Below are positions 37,330-49,551 of a stretch of DNA of 54,064 bases, one piece after another (the stretch's first letter is position 1; the number at the start of each line of letters is the position of its first letter). The stretch is from Verrucomicrobiia bacterium. GTDB taxonomy: Bacteria; Verrucomicrobiota; Verrucomicrobiia; Limisphaerales; JAJOIW01. The DNA lies in assembly GCA_030425355.1 (NCBI GenBank), contig JAUIAG010000003.1, positions 1 through 54,064 on the forward strand. The letters run 5' to 3'. The notes under the pieces are model-generated. The model had not been told where the DNA came from. It searched no databases and worked only from the letters and a program-made list of their open reading frames with translations. A program made the position numbers and the translations under genes.

Positions 37330-38514
37330 TCACTGCCTGTCGACAACCTCGACATGCTGACCGGGTGCCACCCGGTGAACACCGGATGCCACTATTCTTT
37401 CACCGGCTTTCAAAGCTCCCCGCACAATCACTTCGTCCCCCGAAACATGAAGGACCTCCAGTTCCCTGGACTGCAGCTGAGGCAAATCAAAACCGCTTTC
37501 CGATTCCACCAGCGCGTGGACAGTCCAGAGACCGCGGACACTTCCGGTCAGTGCGGAGGCGGGAATTCTGAAACCGGACTCGTTCACCATTTCCGGCCAT
37601 GACCATTCGACCAGTTCTCCGGAAATCAGCCCAGCCGGTTGATCAATCCGGAGAATCACTTCCACGGTCCGTGCTGCCGGATCCAGTCTGGCAATTGTTC
37701 TGTGCACGTGACCGGAAAAAGCATCACCATCGCGCATCCTGGTGAGCTGAACCTCCGCTCCGGGAACAACGCCATGAACTCTCGAGACGGGAACACCGAT
37801 CCGGACTTCAAGATTGCCGGACTCAAGAATCACGAGGACAGGCTGACCGGGCAGAGCAGTGTCTCCCTCATCGGAAAAGCGACGCACGACAGTCCCCGAA
37901 AACGGTGCACGCACAGATGATTTTTCAAGATCCACTCTGACGCGATCGAGTGCCGCCCCGGCGCGGACCACAGCGGCCCTCGCGGCTTCCAGCTGGTTCA
38001 TCAGATCATCGCGCTCCTGCTCCGAAACCGCCCCGTCCGGAGCCAGCCGTTCCACCCGCTCCCATCGCGACTCAATCAGGGCCATCGCTGCTTTCGCCTC
38101 ACTCAGCGCCGCTTCCCTCTGGCGGGATTCGGCCTCCAGCAGCCGCGTGTCCAACCGGGCCAGAAGAGCCCCCTTCTCCACCGCATCCCCTTCATCCACC
38201 AGTATTTCCTCAATGGTCCCGCCCTGTTCAAAACCAGGCCGGCTCCCGCGGGCCGCCTCAACCACGCCAACGTAGGACCGCGGGACCGGGTATCCAGTCA
38301 CCGCCTCAACCACCACCGCCTCCACAGGCATGACCCGGCCGACTCCGGCTCTCCGCGATTCTTCCCCGGACTCACCGGTTTCGCTGCCGGCTGCCCGGCT
38401 GTTCCCCTGCTGGACCAGAACCATACCTGTCACCAGCAAACCAATCCCCCCTGCCACCAGGCCCGGCTTCGATCCCGGTCGAAATATCCGTTTCAAAACT
38501 TCTGGTAAATTCAT
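37330..38514 (-). CDS. RND membrane fusion (periplasmic adaptor) protein
   Basis: N-terminal TM, lipoyl half-motifs VDEGDAVEKG and RAPFSGTV flanking a coiled coil. Confidence 0.92.
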   Translation of the reverse strand: MNLPEVLKRIFRPGSKPGLVAGGIGLLVTGMVLVQQGNSRAAGSETGESGEESRRAGVGRVMPVEAVVVEAVTGYPVPRSYVGVVEAARGSRPGFEQGGTIEEILVDEGDAVEKGALLARLDTRLLEAESRQREAALSEAKAAMALIESRWERVERLAPDGAVSEQERDDLMNQLEAARAAVVRAGAALDRVRVDLEKSSVRAPFSGTVVRRFSDEGDTALPGQPVLVILESGNLEVRIGVPVSRVHGVVPGAEVQLTRMRDGDAFSGHVHRTIARLDPAARTVEVILRIDQPAGLISGELVEWSWPEMVNESGFRIPASALTGSVRGLWTVHALVESESGFDLPQLQSRELEVLHVSGDEVIVRGALKAGERIVASGVHRVAPGQHVEVVDRQ

Positions 38515-38564
38515 AACTCCAAGTCAATTTTTTTGAAAATTTTTGTGCCCGTATGCGGTTGGTT

Positions 38565-39305
38565 TCAGGCCATCGGGCTGCCTTCCGCGAGGGCGGCCAG
38601 TTCATGGCTGAAGACTTCACTGCGGATGCGCAGCCCTGTCTGATCGTAGTCAAACTGGTGGCGCAGGGGCTTCCATCCCGCACCATCCAGGAAAAGATGA
38701 TAATTGAGGTTGAGCATTTCCAGGGGCCGGATGCCCGAGTCTTCAGGGAACATTGAGATATTTTCCTGAAGCAGGTGGGCCCCCTTGGAGAGCGAAATAA
38801 GTCCACTGAGAATCTGCGCTTCGGAGGGCCCGTCGTCAGGCAGCTCCCCGCATTGCCGGGCCTGTCGGATGATCTCAAAGGCCACCTGGATGCAGCGGAA
38901 TCCCACCCGATGGCAGGCATCCAGTCTGGATTGGGTGATTTTCTCCTGGATGGAGCGGGTTTCCATCAGCTGGTGAAGGGATGACCAGTGGGGATATTTC
39001 ATGGCGATAATGTAGTCCGCCCAGCCGACAACAAACATACGCTCGCGGGTGGTGCCGCGGAAAAGCAGTGCCCGCCCGAAAAGCTCGGCACGCAGCTCAA
39101 GATGGCGGAGGTCAACCGCAGCCATCAAATCCTCCTTGCTGTTAAAATGATTGTAGATCGTCGCCTTGGAATACTCAATGCGCTCCGCCAGTTCGTCCAG
39201 ATTCAGGCCGTGATACCCCTGCTCCAGCAGCATCCGATCCGCCTGATCCACAATCAGCCGCTCCCGCTCCGCGCGCTCCCGTGCCTTCCGGTCCGATATC
39301 GTCAC
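38565..39305 (-). CDS. TetR/AcrR family regulator
   Basis: GYHGLNLDELAERIEYSKATIYNHFNSKEDL HTH; first gene of the efflux operon. Confidence 0.92.
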   Translation of the reverse strand: MTISDRKARERAERERLIVDQADRMLLEQGYHGLNLDELAERIEYSKATIYNHFNSKEDLMAAVDLRHLELRAELFGRALLFRGTTRERMFVVGWADYIIAMKYPHWSSLHQLMETRSIQEKITQSRLDACHRVGFRCIQVAFEIIRQARQCGELPDDGPSEAQILSGLISLSKGAHLLQENISMFPEDSGIRPLEMLNLNYHLFLDGAGWKPLRHQFDYDQTGLRIRSEVFSHELAALAEGSPMA

Positions 39306-39326
39306 AAGGCCACATTCATCCTTTTC

Positions 39327-39339
39327 TGACTCAGAGTCA
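39327..39339. promoter_or_regulatory. Putative TetR operator
   Basis: Perfect dyad TGACTC-A-GAGTCA about 20 nt upstream of tetR, overlapping a minus-strand TTGACT -35-like hexamer. Confidence 0.6.
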
Positions 39340-39433
39340 AATTTTTACTTCCTATTTTTCAAATACAGCCAAGCGGTGACAGGCACGCTGGTGTCTTCTA
39401 TCCGGCACCACCTGTTTCACGCTGAACGGCAGT

Positions 39434-39462
39434 AAAAAAAGGCACCCCGGGGAGGGGCGCCT
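39434..39462 (-). terminator. Rho-independent terminator of katG
   Basis: Minus strand AGGCGCCCC...GGGGTGCC followed by T7. Confidence 0.75.
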
Positions 39463-39495
39463 GAATCGGGCATGGGGAGAATGGCGGAGCCGGGG

Positions 39496-41910
<2,415 letters not shown>

Positions 41911-41979
41911 TCAGTCTTCTGTGATCAATGCAATTCTCGAACATCTATTCCAATAATGGAAATTGATTAAAGTTGAAGA

Positions 41980-42002
41980 ATTGATATAATTTTCCAATCA
42001 AT
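41980..42002. promoter_or_regulatory. LysR/OxyR-type dyad in the katG-oxyR divergent region
   Basis: ATTGAT-N11-ATCAAT, plus an extra ATTGAT at 41962, in an AT-rich spacer. Confidence 0.5.
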
Positions 42003-42030
42003 CAGCTTTTGACAGCGATTGGATGAAGTT

Positions 42031-42903
42031 ATGAATTTCCGTGATCTGGAATACCTGGTTGCAGTTGTAAGGCTGACGCACTTCGGAAAGGCGGCCGAGG
42101 AGTGCCATGTCAGTCAGAGTGCGCTGAGTCTTCAGTTGCAGAAACTGGAGCAGGAGATCGGTGTCAAACTGCTGGAACGCACCAGCCGCAGAGTGGTGGT
42201 CACAGAGGCCGGAAAGGAGGCAGCGCGGCGCGCGCAGGAGCTTCTTCAGGGCCGCCGGGACCTTCTTGATGCCGTCAGGCCCTGTAACAGCGGCCTTCCT
42301 ATGACAGTCCGGGCGGGAGCCATCCCCACCGTAGCACCATTTATTTTTGCCCGGTTACAGACACGGTTTCATGAACGGTATCCGGAGACGACGCTGCAAT
42401 TTGACGAGGACGTCACCGAACTTCTGGTTCCAGCGGTAGCCGGCGGCCAAGTGGATGCCGCGATTCTTGCGACAGCGCCGGAGGATTCCCTGATTGAAGA
42501 GCTGGATCTTTTTGACGAACCTTTTCTCCTGGCGACTCCAACAGGGCATCCGCTTGCAGAACAGAGGGCGATCACTCCGGTGGACATCACCCCGTATCGA
42601 CTGCTGCAGCTTAAGCACACCCATTGCCTTCAGGAACAAGTCATCAACTTCTGCTCAAACCATAAGTTATCAACGACCCATCTTCCGACTGCTTCCAGTA
42701 TCGCCACGCTCCTTGTTCTTGTGCAGGCCGGGGTCGGCCTCACCCTGATCCCGCAGATGGCCGTCAGGAGCGCTGAATCACTGCCAGGGATTCGCTGTCT
42801 GCCACTGTCCCCTGCCCCAACCCGAAAGATCCGTGTCATTTACCGGAAGACCTCCACCGTGGGCCGGCGTCTGGCTGAGGCAGTCCGGACATCTCTGGTG
42901 TGA
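42031..42903 (+). CDS. oxyR: Peroxide-sensing LysR regulator OxyR
   Basis: MNFRDLEYLVAV...HFGKAAEECHVSQ, GAIPTVAP and HCLQEQVINFC (C-x8-C redox pair); divergent from katG. Confidence 0.88.
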   Translation: MNFRDLEYLVAVVRLTHFGKAAEECHVSQSALSLQLQKLEQEIGVKLLERTSRRVVVTEAGKEAARRAQELLQGRRDLLDAVRPCNSGLPMTVRAGAIPTVAPFIFARLQTRFHERYPETTLQFDEDVTELLVPAVAGGQVDAAILATAPEDSLIEELDLFDEPFLLATPTGHPLAEQRAITPVDITPYRLLQLKHTHCLQEQVINFCSNHKLSTTHLPTASSIATLLVLVQAGVGLTLIPQMAVRSAESLPGIRCLPLSPAPTRKIRVIYRKTSTVGRRLAEAVRTSLV

Positions 42904-42954
42904 GACGGCATCAATATGGAATCCGCGATAATCCCGGAGCTGATTTTCACTCTC

Positions 42955-43953
42955 TCAGGGATTTTTGCGCAATCTGAAGAACAGGGCATTCATATCCGTT
43001 TCGATGGTGTAGACATAGTTATCGCCGTCCACTGTGTATGGCGGCTGTATGTCTTCCCATGCGGTTGGAGAAACTATGGATTCAGCACTCTGCAAAACCG
43101 GGTCTGCCGTGTTGGAAGCGGCCCATGAGACAAGGACATTTCCATTGTCGCCCGGGGATATATGAAGATCAGGGAGGGGATCACCCCCACCATTATCATC
43201 CACTCCAGCCAGACCAAAGAGCGCGGCTGTGATCCCCATCTCTGGAAAACCGGAATTATCGGCCGCCGGCACAGTGCCGGATCCCATCAGATACACCATC
43301 GCAGTCGCATTCATCGACCGGGCAATCGGGATCAGGACGGAATCCACATAGCTGTCTCCGACTCCTGCATCAAATTCTGCAGCCGGGACAACCCATGCAT
43401 TCCCGGAAATATCAAAGCTGCTGGAATTTGCCTGGCCACTGAGAAGAGTTGCTGAAAAATCCACATTCTGGGTGAAAGCCCCACTGGCCACATCATAGCT
43501 GCCGGAATTGACAGCCGTGATCACGGAACTGAACGGACCATGACCTGGAAATGGCTCGGTGCCTGAGACATCCCATCCGAGAATCAACGGTCCGCCGCCA
43601 CCGGAGGCAACCTCCATGTCGATGGTGACGGTATTTCCGCTCTCGAGGAAGGTGACGGCCTGTCGTTCCGGCGGGAATAGATCCGCATCCGGGATGACAC
43701 CCATACCAAAATCAAAGGCATTGTAGCTGAGGGATCCCGCTGTATTCGCAGCGGACCCGTTACTTTGCGAAGGCTCGGCACTGACGACATCATCTGCAGT
43801 CCCAATCATGCCGTCCACGCCAGGCCAGTGGTTGGACAATTCGTCTGAATGAACGAGCGTGAATGTTTCCTGCGCACCGGATGACCGGGTGAATGACAGG
43901 AGCAATACACCGGTCAGGGTGAAAGCTGCGAGACAGGCTGTAGTGTTTTTCAT
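42955..43953 (-). CDS. Exported acidic beta-rich protein with C-terminal W...FFR domain
   Basis: Signal peptide MKNTTACL...SSGA; GVDGMIGTADD possible Ca-binding loop; C-terminus VLVSW...LQSAESI...W...LFFRLRKNP. Track start 44019. Confidence 0.65.
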   Translation of the reverse strand: MKNTTACLAAFTLTGVLLLSFTRSSGAQETFTLVHSDELSNHWPGVDGMIGTADDVVSAEPSQSNGSAANTAGSLSYNAFDFGMGVIPDADLFPPERQAVTFLESGNTVTIDMEVASGGGGPLILGWDVSGTEPFPGHGPFSSVITAVNSGSYDVASGAFTQNVDFSATLLSGQANSSSFDISGNAWVVPAAEFDAGVGDSYVDSVLIPIARSMNATAMVYLMGSGTVPAADNSGFPEMGITAALFGLAGVDDNGGGDPLPDLHISPGDNGNVLVSWAASNTADPVLQSAESIVSPTAWEDIQPPYTVDGDNYVYTIETDMNALFFRLRKNP

Positions 43954-44188
43954 ATATTTTCTGATCCTATTTATTCCCTGGCTGAGCAAAATAAATTCGG
44001 ACGGCCGATCAGGATTCATCCATCATTCCCTGACCGGGACCACTTTCAGAAAAATATAATACAACCAGGTATTCAAGCATCATATTGAATAAACTGAATT
44101 GATTCTCATTGGCCTCGACATGCATGGAGGCCCCGAAGGAGGGATGACCAGGAGATTCCGGTATCTCATATAGCAGGCGGGATCCGCG

Positions 44189-45328
44189 TCAGATGATGAG
44201 GTCAGGGTTCTCCCAGAAAAGTTCCGCCAGTCCGAATGACAGGGTCATCCCGGCACCGCCGGGAGCCAAAGAAATCCAGCACTGCGGCGCTATCTGGTGA
44301 TGGTGGATGAGTTTATGAGGGTGTTTGACATAAATACCGGACCACCGTTCCGCGATAAGCCAGTGCGGCGGCCTGATGAGGCGCCGAAGTTCGCGAATAA
44401 TGAGGTCGTCAATCACCTGTTTGTCGAAGGGTGAGATGTCCCCGTCATATTCGTGGGAGTCACCGAGAACCAGTCCGCCGCCCGGTCTGCTGATCTGACT
44501 GGCCATGACGTGGATGCCGAACCGGTCCAGCTCCGGAGTTTCGGCGGCTATGCGTTCGGCAAGCTGTTGCAGTGACCCGCAACGGGAAAACGACGGGTAA
44601 TGACGAAGACACAGTCCGGAGGCAATTATCGGCCCCTGATCCAGTCCGGGCATGGGCTGCGTCGCCATCATCTGGAGTTTGCAGCGACGCAATCCAATTT
44701 CCTGGAGGTGTCCGGGAAAGAGTGTCTGGAGATCAGCTCCCGGGCAGACGATAACCCTGTCGCCTCGGAACTGCCCGCCATTGGCACACCGCACCACATT
44801 ATCCTCAACGGAGACAGCCGGGCTCCCCCAGTGAAAACCCACTCCATACTCCCTGGCGAGCCATCCGGGAATTCGTGCGATGGCTTCCCGCGGATTGAGA
44901 TTGCATTCCCGGGGTGAAAAGAGCCCGCCGATGACATGATCCGGGTTGGCGAGTGGAGAGGCATCCAGTGCTTCACGCCCGGAAAGCAGCACGGCCTCGC
45001 TGTCCCTGGACTCGGGGAGAGAAAGGAACTCTTCCATAACTGCCAGCTCGTCATGCCGGGTTGCCAGAAACAGCAATCCACATGGGAAAAACGGGAACCC
45101 GGCGCCGGCAGCTGCCTCCGTCCACCGTTGAGCACTGATGGCAGCTGCCTTTGTCGCCAGACCCTCAGCCATGCCGGTCGGCAGGAAAATTCCGAAGTTC
45201 CGAATGGACGCCCCGCGCGCGACCGGATCGCCCTCGATCACTTCCGCCTTCCACCCTGCACGGGCAGCCGCCAGAGCATGTGCCAGTCCGTGAATACCCG
45301 CACCGATGATGACAACCGTCTGCACCAT
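44189..45328 (-). CDS. TIGR03364-family FAD-dependent oxidoreductase (phosphonate-cluster associated)
   Basis: IIGAGIHG, GASIRNFG, CKLQMM, LGDSHEY, W.G.Y, GGAGMTLSFG. Confidence 0.85.
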   Translation of the reverse strand: MVQTVVIIGAGIHGLAHALAAARAGWKAEVIEGDPVARGASIRNFGIFLPTGMAEGLATKAAAISAQRWTEAAAGAGFPFFPCGLLFLATRHDELAVMEEFLSLPESRDSEAVLLSGREALDASPLANPDHVIGGLFSPRECNLNPREAIARIPGWLAREYGVGFHWGSPAVSVEDNVVRCANGGQFRGDRVIVCPGADLQTLFPGHLQEIGLRRCKLQMMATQPMPGLDQGPIIASGLCLRHYPSFSRCGSLQQLAERIAAETPELDRFGIHVMASQISRPGGGLVLGDSHEYDGDISPFDKQVIDDLIIRELRRLIRPPHWLIAERWSGIYVKHPHKLIHHHQIAPQCWISLAPGGAGMTLSFGLAELFWENPDLII

Positions 45329-45576
45329 GGAAGTTTACGGACTGCCGGGCGGAAGTGGAAGGAGATGTTCAAAGCAGTACAAACTGACTTGCGGGAAAAA
45401 TAAGGATTATGTCGTCCCGATGCATAGGAGTGGCCCCGGAGGTGGACAAAGAAAAGCACTGATCGACTGCCTGAGAGGCATCACGGCGGGATCTGCCCCG
45501 CCTGACGGGAAGGCAATGTCAATCAGGGCAGGTCTCCGACAAAGAGTGGTAACACTGGATGAAAGGTCGAGTTGCA

Positions 45577-46062
45577 TCAATCATTGCCGGGGGAGACGGC
45601 CTGATTGTCCTCTTCTCTGAGCGGGAAGGCGATGGGGAAGATGAGGATCCATGCAGCGGCAAAAAGCGGGAGGTTCTTTATGATGTACTGCCCCTCGAAG
45701 GTAGGGGCGAAAGGGAAGAACTTGAAGCAGAATTCGGGCAGAAGGAAGAGTGGCATGAAGGTGCCGATGATGTGGAAGTTGAGGAGGAAGAATATGAGGC
45801 GCGGAAAGAGGCAGGTCATGAGACCGACGCCGATGGCGCATTCGAGTGTGGCGAGGAGTGTGAGGGCGGTGCGGGTTTCCAGAGCAAATCCACTGAGCTG
45901 ACCGAGGGTGTATTCAGCGATCATTTCAGCCGGACTGAGGTCTGGGAAGAACTTGAGGAGGCCGAACTGGAAATACATGAACCCGACAAGCAGCCGGAAG
46001 ACGTCGCGTGACCAGCGTTCGATACCGGCCCGATCGATGTTGAGAAAAGGCATGCGGGCCAT
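45577..46062 (-). CDS. DoxX-family membrane protein
   Basis: FGLLKFFPDLSPAE, E..IG, PTFEGQYIIKNL; starts 3 nt after the cytochrome c stop (track start 46074). Confidence 0.75.
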   Translation of the reverse strand: MARMPFLNIDRAGIERWSRDVFRLLVGFMYFQFGLLKFFPDLSPAEMIAEYTLGQLSGFALETRTALTLLATLECAIGVGLMTCLFPRLIFFLLNFHIIGTFMPLFLLPEFCFKFFPFAPTFEGQYIIKNLPLFAAAWILIFPIAFPLREEDNQAVSPGND

Positions 46063-46064
46063 CT

Positions 46065-47633
46065 TCAGAGGCACAGGAGAAACGCCACCAGATCGTCCTT
46101 TTCCGAGCGGGAGAGTTGGAGTTCCAGCACCAGGTTGAAGAATTCGACTGCATCGTGGAGGGTCGGGGCACGACCGTCATGCAGATAAGGCGGGCTGTCC
46201 CTGATCCCGCGCAGCGGGAATGTCTTGATCGGCCCCTCGGGGCGTCCGACGTAGAACCGCTCGACTTTCAGGTCGTGCATGTAGTCATCGACGAAGGCCG
46301 GACCGTAGTGGCAGGCGGAACACTGGGCTTTGCCGTGGAACAGTTTTTCCCCCCGCAGCTCCTGCTCTGTTGCCATCGATGGAATAAGCCGCATCATCGG
46401 GCTGAGTTTGGGAGCGGGAGGATAGTCGATGATGGCATTGAAATCCGCCATGCGGTTGGAGACCTCGCGTTTGACGGCTCTCGGGCCGATTGCCTGCTGC
46501 ATCCCCGGATCCCCATCAAAATATTCCTCGATTTCAGCAAAGTGATCGAGACTGCGGATAGACCGCTTGGAGGAAAGCTGCATCAGATTGAAATTTCCGC
46601 GCAGGGTCGGTGTATCCACGCGCAATCGGGCCATGTTCGGCCGCGAATCCGGGCCGAGTTCAATGGCGCCGTTGGTGTGACCATTGACATGACAGTCGAG
46701 GCAGGCGACGCCATCGGAAGGCTGACTGGTCAGCCGGTGCTGCGTCTGATTGAACCACGTGGTGGGTGACGGGCGCAGCAGTTCCTTGAGACCCTCCATC
46801 TGCTCCGGCGTGATCAACCCGTCAAATATTTCGTAGTAATTGTCAAAACTGATTTCCTGTCCGCCTGAAATGTCTCCGAGTTCCTTATGAGTTGTCAGAA
46901 ACAGGGGCGGAGGGAACTCGGGGAGGTAGGCATCGGGAAAATCCATGTCCACATCGATGCGCTTGTGCTCGGGATGCACGGCAGTCCACGAATCCGGAAA
47001 AAGCATGTGGGCCGTCGTCTGGATGGGATGCGCCAGTGGCTTGTAGGGGAAAAGATCGCGACGGCGGATTTCCTCCGCTGTCAGACCGGCAAGTGACTCA
47101 TAGGACTCCACCTCCGCCGGGAGCCTGGCAACCGGCCCGGCCATCACTGCCTTCCGGCCTCCGGACATCATCTGTCCGGGTATCACCGCGCCACTGAAGT
47201 TGAACCGTGAGTTCATGTAGGCCCTCACGTCCTTCATCAGCTCGGGCTTCTGCTTCTGATGAAATTCAATCCACTGATCAAAGCGCATGGGCAGCACAGG
47301 AGTCCCGAATGTCGTCTTGCCCTTGCCGTAGTATCGCCAGAGATCAAAAGGCGTGCGCAGGCCCTTTTCGACAGCCGGATAGAGCCTGAGTTCATCGGTG
47401 GTGCGGTACATCGGCAGATTCTCCCCGGAAACCTGCACAGGCTTGAGGCTTCCGACCGGTGAAGGATTTCCGACAGAGGCATGCGCCGATGAAATAAACC
47501 CGCCGGCACCGTGTCGCGATTCCGGAACCCGGCTCAATCCGGAGCCTTTGTACTGCTGATAGGTCATCCATGTCTGCAGCGCGAAAAGCAGCAGAAATAC
47601 TATGATGGCCGTCTGTTTCCAGGTCTGTTTCAT
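46065..47633 (-). CDS. Exported di-heme cytochrome c (cytochrome c peroxidase/MauG-like superfamily)
   Basis: Two CxxCH motifs (CLDCH, CSACH), DTPTLRG, GEKLF.GKA.C, TFPLRGI..SPPYLHDG. Confidence 0.8.
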   Translation of the reverse strand: MKQTWKQTAIIVFLLLFALQTWMTYQQYKGSGLSRVPESRHGAGGFISSAHASVGNPSPVGSLKPVQVSGENLPMYRTTDELRLYPAVEKGLRTPFDLWRYYGKGKTTFGTPVLPMRFDQWIEFHQKQKPELMKDVRAYMNSRFNFSGAVIPGQMMSGGRKAVMAGPVARLPAEVESYESLAGLTAEEIRRRDLFPYKPLAHPIQTTAHMLFPDSWTAVHPEHKRIDVDMDFPDAYLPEFPPPLFLTTHKELGDISGGQEISFDNYYEIFDGLITPEQMEGLKELLRPSPTTWFNQTQHRLTSQPSDGVACLDCHVNGHTNGAIELGPDSRPNMARLRVDTPTLRGNFNLMQLSSKRSIRSLDHFAEIEEYFDGDPGMQQAIGPRAVKREVSNRMADFNAIIDYPPAPKLSPMMRLIPSMATEQELRGEKLFHGKAQCSACHYGPAFVDDYMHDLKVERFYVGRPEGPIKTFPLRGIRDSPPYLHDGRAPTLHDAVEFFNLVLELQLSRSEKDDLVAFLLCL

Positions 47634-47842
47634 CCTCGGTGATAATCTATGTCGCCAGCCCCGAAGTGCTCCGGGACATGCCGGCTGAGAACGGTGCCGC
47701 CCGGCAGCTGGCGGTGTTACTCGATCAGGAATTTACAAAGAATGACAGGTCCGGCGCCCATGGTCAAGACAGGGCCTCCCGCAACTCCCGCCGGCCCCGG
47801 CCATGAAACAGATCAAATCGCCCCACTCTTCCGGAATCAAAC

Positions 47843-47875
47843 CTGACACAGGAATGTCACACGACTGCAAAAACG
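47843..47875 (+). promoter_or_regulatory. Pho-box-like repeats upstream of the DUF5690 gene
   Basis: CTGACACAGGA-ATGTCACACGA-CTGCAAA, 11-nt period. Confidence 0.5.
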
Positions 47876-47917
47876 GAATCAAATTGAACCGCGAGAATTA
47901 CGGTCAACGCGGCACTT

Positions 47918-49225
47918 ATGGCTTCCGAATCAGAACAGTTTAGAGGATCACCCTTCCCGATTTCCCGCTGGTCACCGCACGGCACGCCCTTCGCGGTGTG
48001 GTGCATGGTGGCGGCCTTCGGCACCTATTTCTGCATGTACGGACTGAGGAAGCCATTCACCGCCACGACCTATGAAGGACTGCAGGCCTTCGGAATGGAC
48101 CTTAAATCTCTGCTGGTGGTGGTGCAGGTCATTGGCTACATGCTGTCAAAGTTCATTGGAATCAGGGTCATTGCCGAGATGGCCCCGGAGCGCAGGGTTC
48201 GGGGGATACTGGTGCTCACCTCGGTGGCATTGGCCTGCCTGCTCGGATTCGGGCTGGTCCCACTGCCATGGTCGGTGGTGTTCCTGTTTGGCAACGGCCT
48301 GATGCTGGGGATGATTTTCGGGCTCGTGCTGGGATTCCTGGAGGGCCGCCGGATGACCGAAGTGCTGGCCGCCGGACTTTGCGCCAGCTTCATTCTGGCG
48401 GATGGCGTGACCAAATCCGTCGGGGCCTGGCTGATTGACCGGGGCATTCCGGAAACGTGGATGCCCTTCGGTGCCGGCATGGTCTTCATGATCCCTCTGC
48501 TTGGCTTCCTCTGGATGCTGGGCCAAATACCGGTGCCGGACCAGCTGGATCAGGAGGAGCGGCAGCAAAGAGTGCGGATGGATGCGGCGGACCGGAGACG
48601 ATATTTTCTGCACTATGCCCCCGGCCTGTCGGCCATTATCGTCGCCTACCTGCTCATCACCCTCATACGGAGCCTCCGCGCCGACTTCGCCCCCGAAATC
48701 TGGAAAAGCCTCGGAGTTGAAACCACTCCCAGGCTTTTCTCACTTTCGGAAACATGGATCGCCCTGGCCATCATGCTCTGCAGCGGACTCTTCTCCCTCT
48801 ACCGCAATAACAGACTGGCACTTTTTCATGCCATCGCCGCTTGCATGCTCGGACTCGCCCTGCTGCCGATTTCCATGGCCGCCATTGACGCAGGATGGAT
48901 CGCGCCTTTCCAGTTCATGGTTCTCGTCGGGCTGGGACTGTACCTGCCATACGTCCTGGTCCACACGACTCTGTTTGAACGCATCATGGCAGTGACCCCG
49001 GATAGAGGAAATATCGGCTATCTCATGTACCTCGCCGATTCCATGGGATACCTCGGTTACGTCATTCTGGTGCTGTTCAGGGACCGGCTCCCCGGACCGG
49101 AAGACCCTCTGCAATTCTTCCGCGCCCTCTGCTGGATTGCCGGCAGTCTCGGATTTATCACTTTCGGTGCAGCCCTCGTCTATTTCCTCTTCCGACTGAG
49201 GACAGTGCCGCCAAACAGGGCGTGA
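47918..49225 (+). CDS. DUF5690-family MFS-like membrane protein (phosphonate-cluster associated)
   Basis: AAFGTYFCMYGLRKPF, GYMLSKFIGI, LEGRRMTE, KSVG, FER, GN.GYLMY.AD..GYLG; about 11-12 TMs. Confidence 0.8.
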   Translation: MASESEQFRGSPFPISRWSPHGTPFAVWCMVAAFGTYFCMYGLRKPFTATTYEGLQAFGMDLKSLLVVVQVIGYMLSKFIGIRVIAEMAPERRVRGILVLTSVALACLLGFGLVPLPWSVVFLFGNGLMLGMIFGLVLGFLEGRRMTEVLAAGLCASFILADGVTKSVGAWLIDRGIPETWMPFGAGMVFMIPLLGFLWMLGQIPVPDQLDQEERQQRVRMDAADRRRYFLHYAPGLSAIIVAYLLITLIRSLRADFAPEIWKSLGVETTPRLFSLSETWIALAIMLCSGLFSLYRNNRLALFHAIAACMLGLALLPISMAAIDAGWIAPFQFMVLVGLGLYLPYVLVHTTLFERIMAVTPDRGNIGYLMYLADSMGYLGYVILVLFRDRLPGPEDPLQFFRALCWIAGSLGFITFGAALVYFLFRLRTVPPNRA

Positions 49226-49551
49226 GGTGAGAATTCCATCCAAAGCGGCTCAAAACGGGTGGAATGAGTGTCGCCTCTCCTCCTCAAAAACCCGGAAAAA
49301 CCGCTGACCAGGCAACGAGAACGGTTTCCAGATTTCTGCCTCTCCCCGGAGTGGGAGACAATCCTGTCCCCCCAAGAACAAAGCTCCGGAACAATGCAGA
49401 CCGGGCACATTTACATTTTTTCGAAAAAAAATGTCTCACCGCGGCCCGGTTTATCGCTTTCGATACGTGAGCGCTGTCCATTGGACAGAATCAAAATGAG
49501 AATGCGGTCTCCGATCAGTTGAAATTGGCGCAGCAGAACCAGAATCAGAAC

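Noticed and set aside
49412-49433. ACATTTTTT-CG-AAAAAAAATGT palindrome
   Set aside because: Low-complexity A/T dyad; function cannot be supported.
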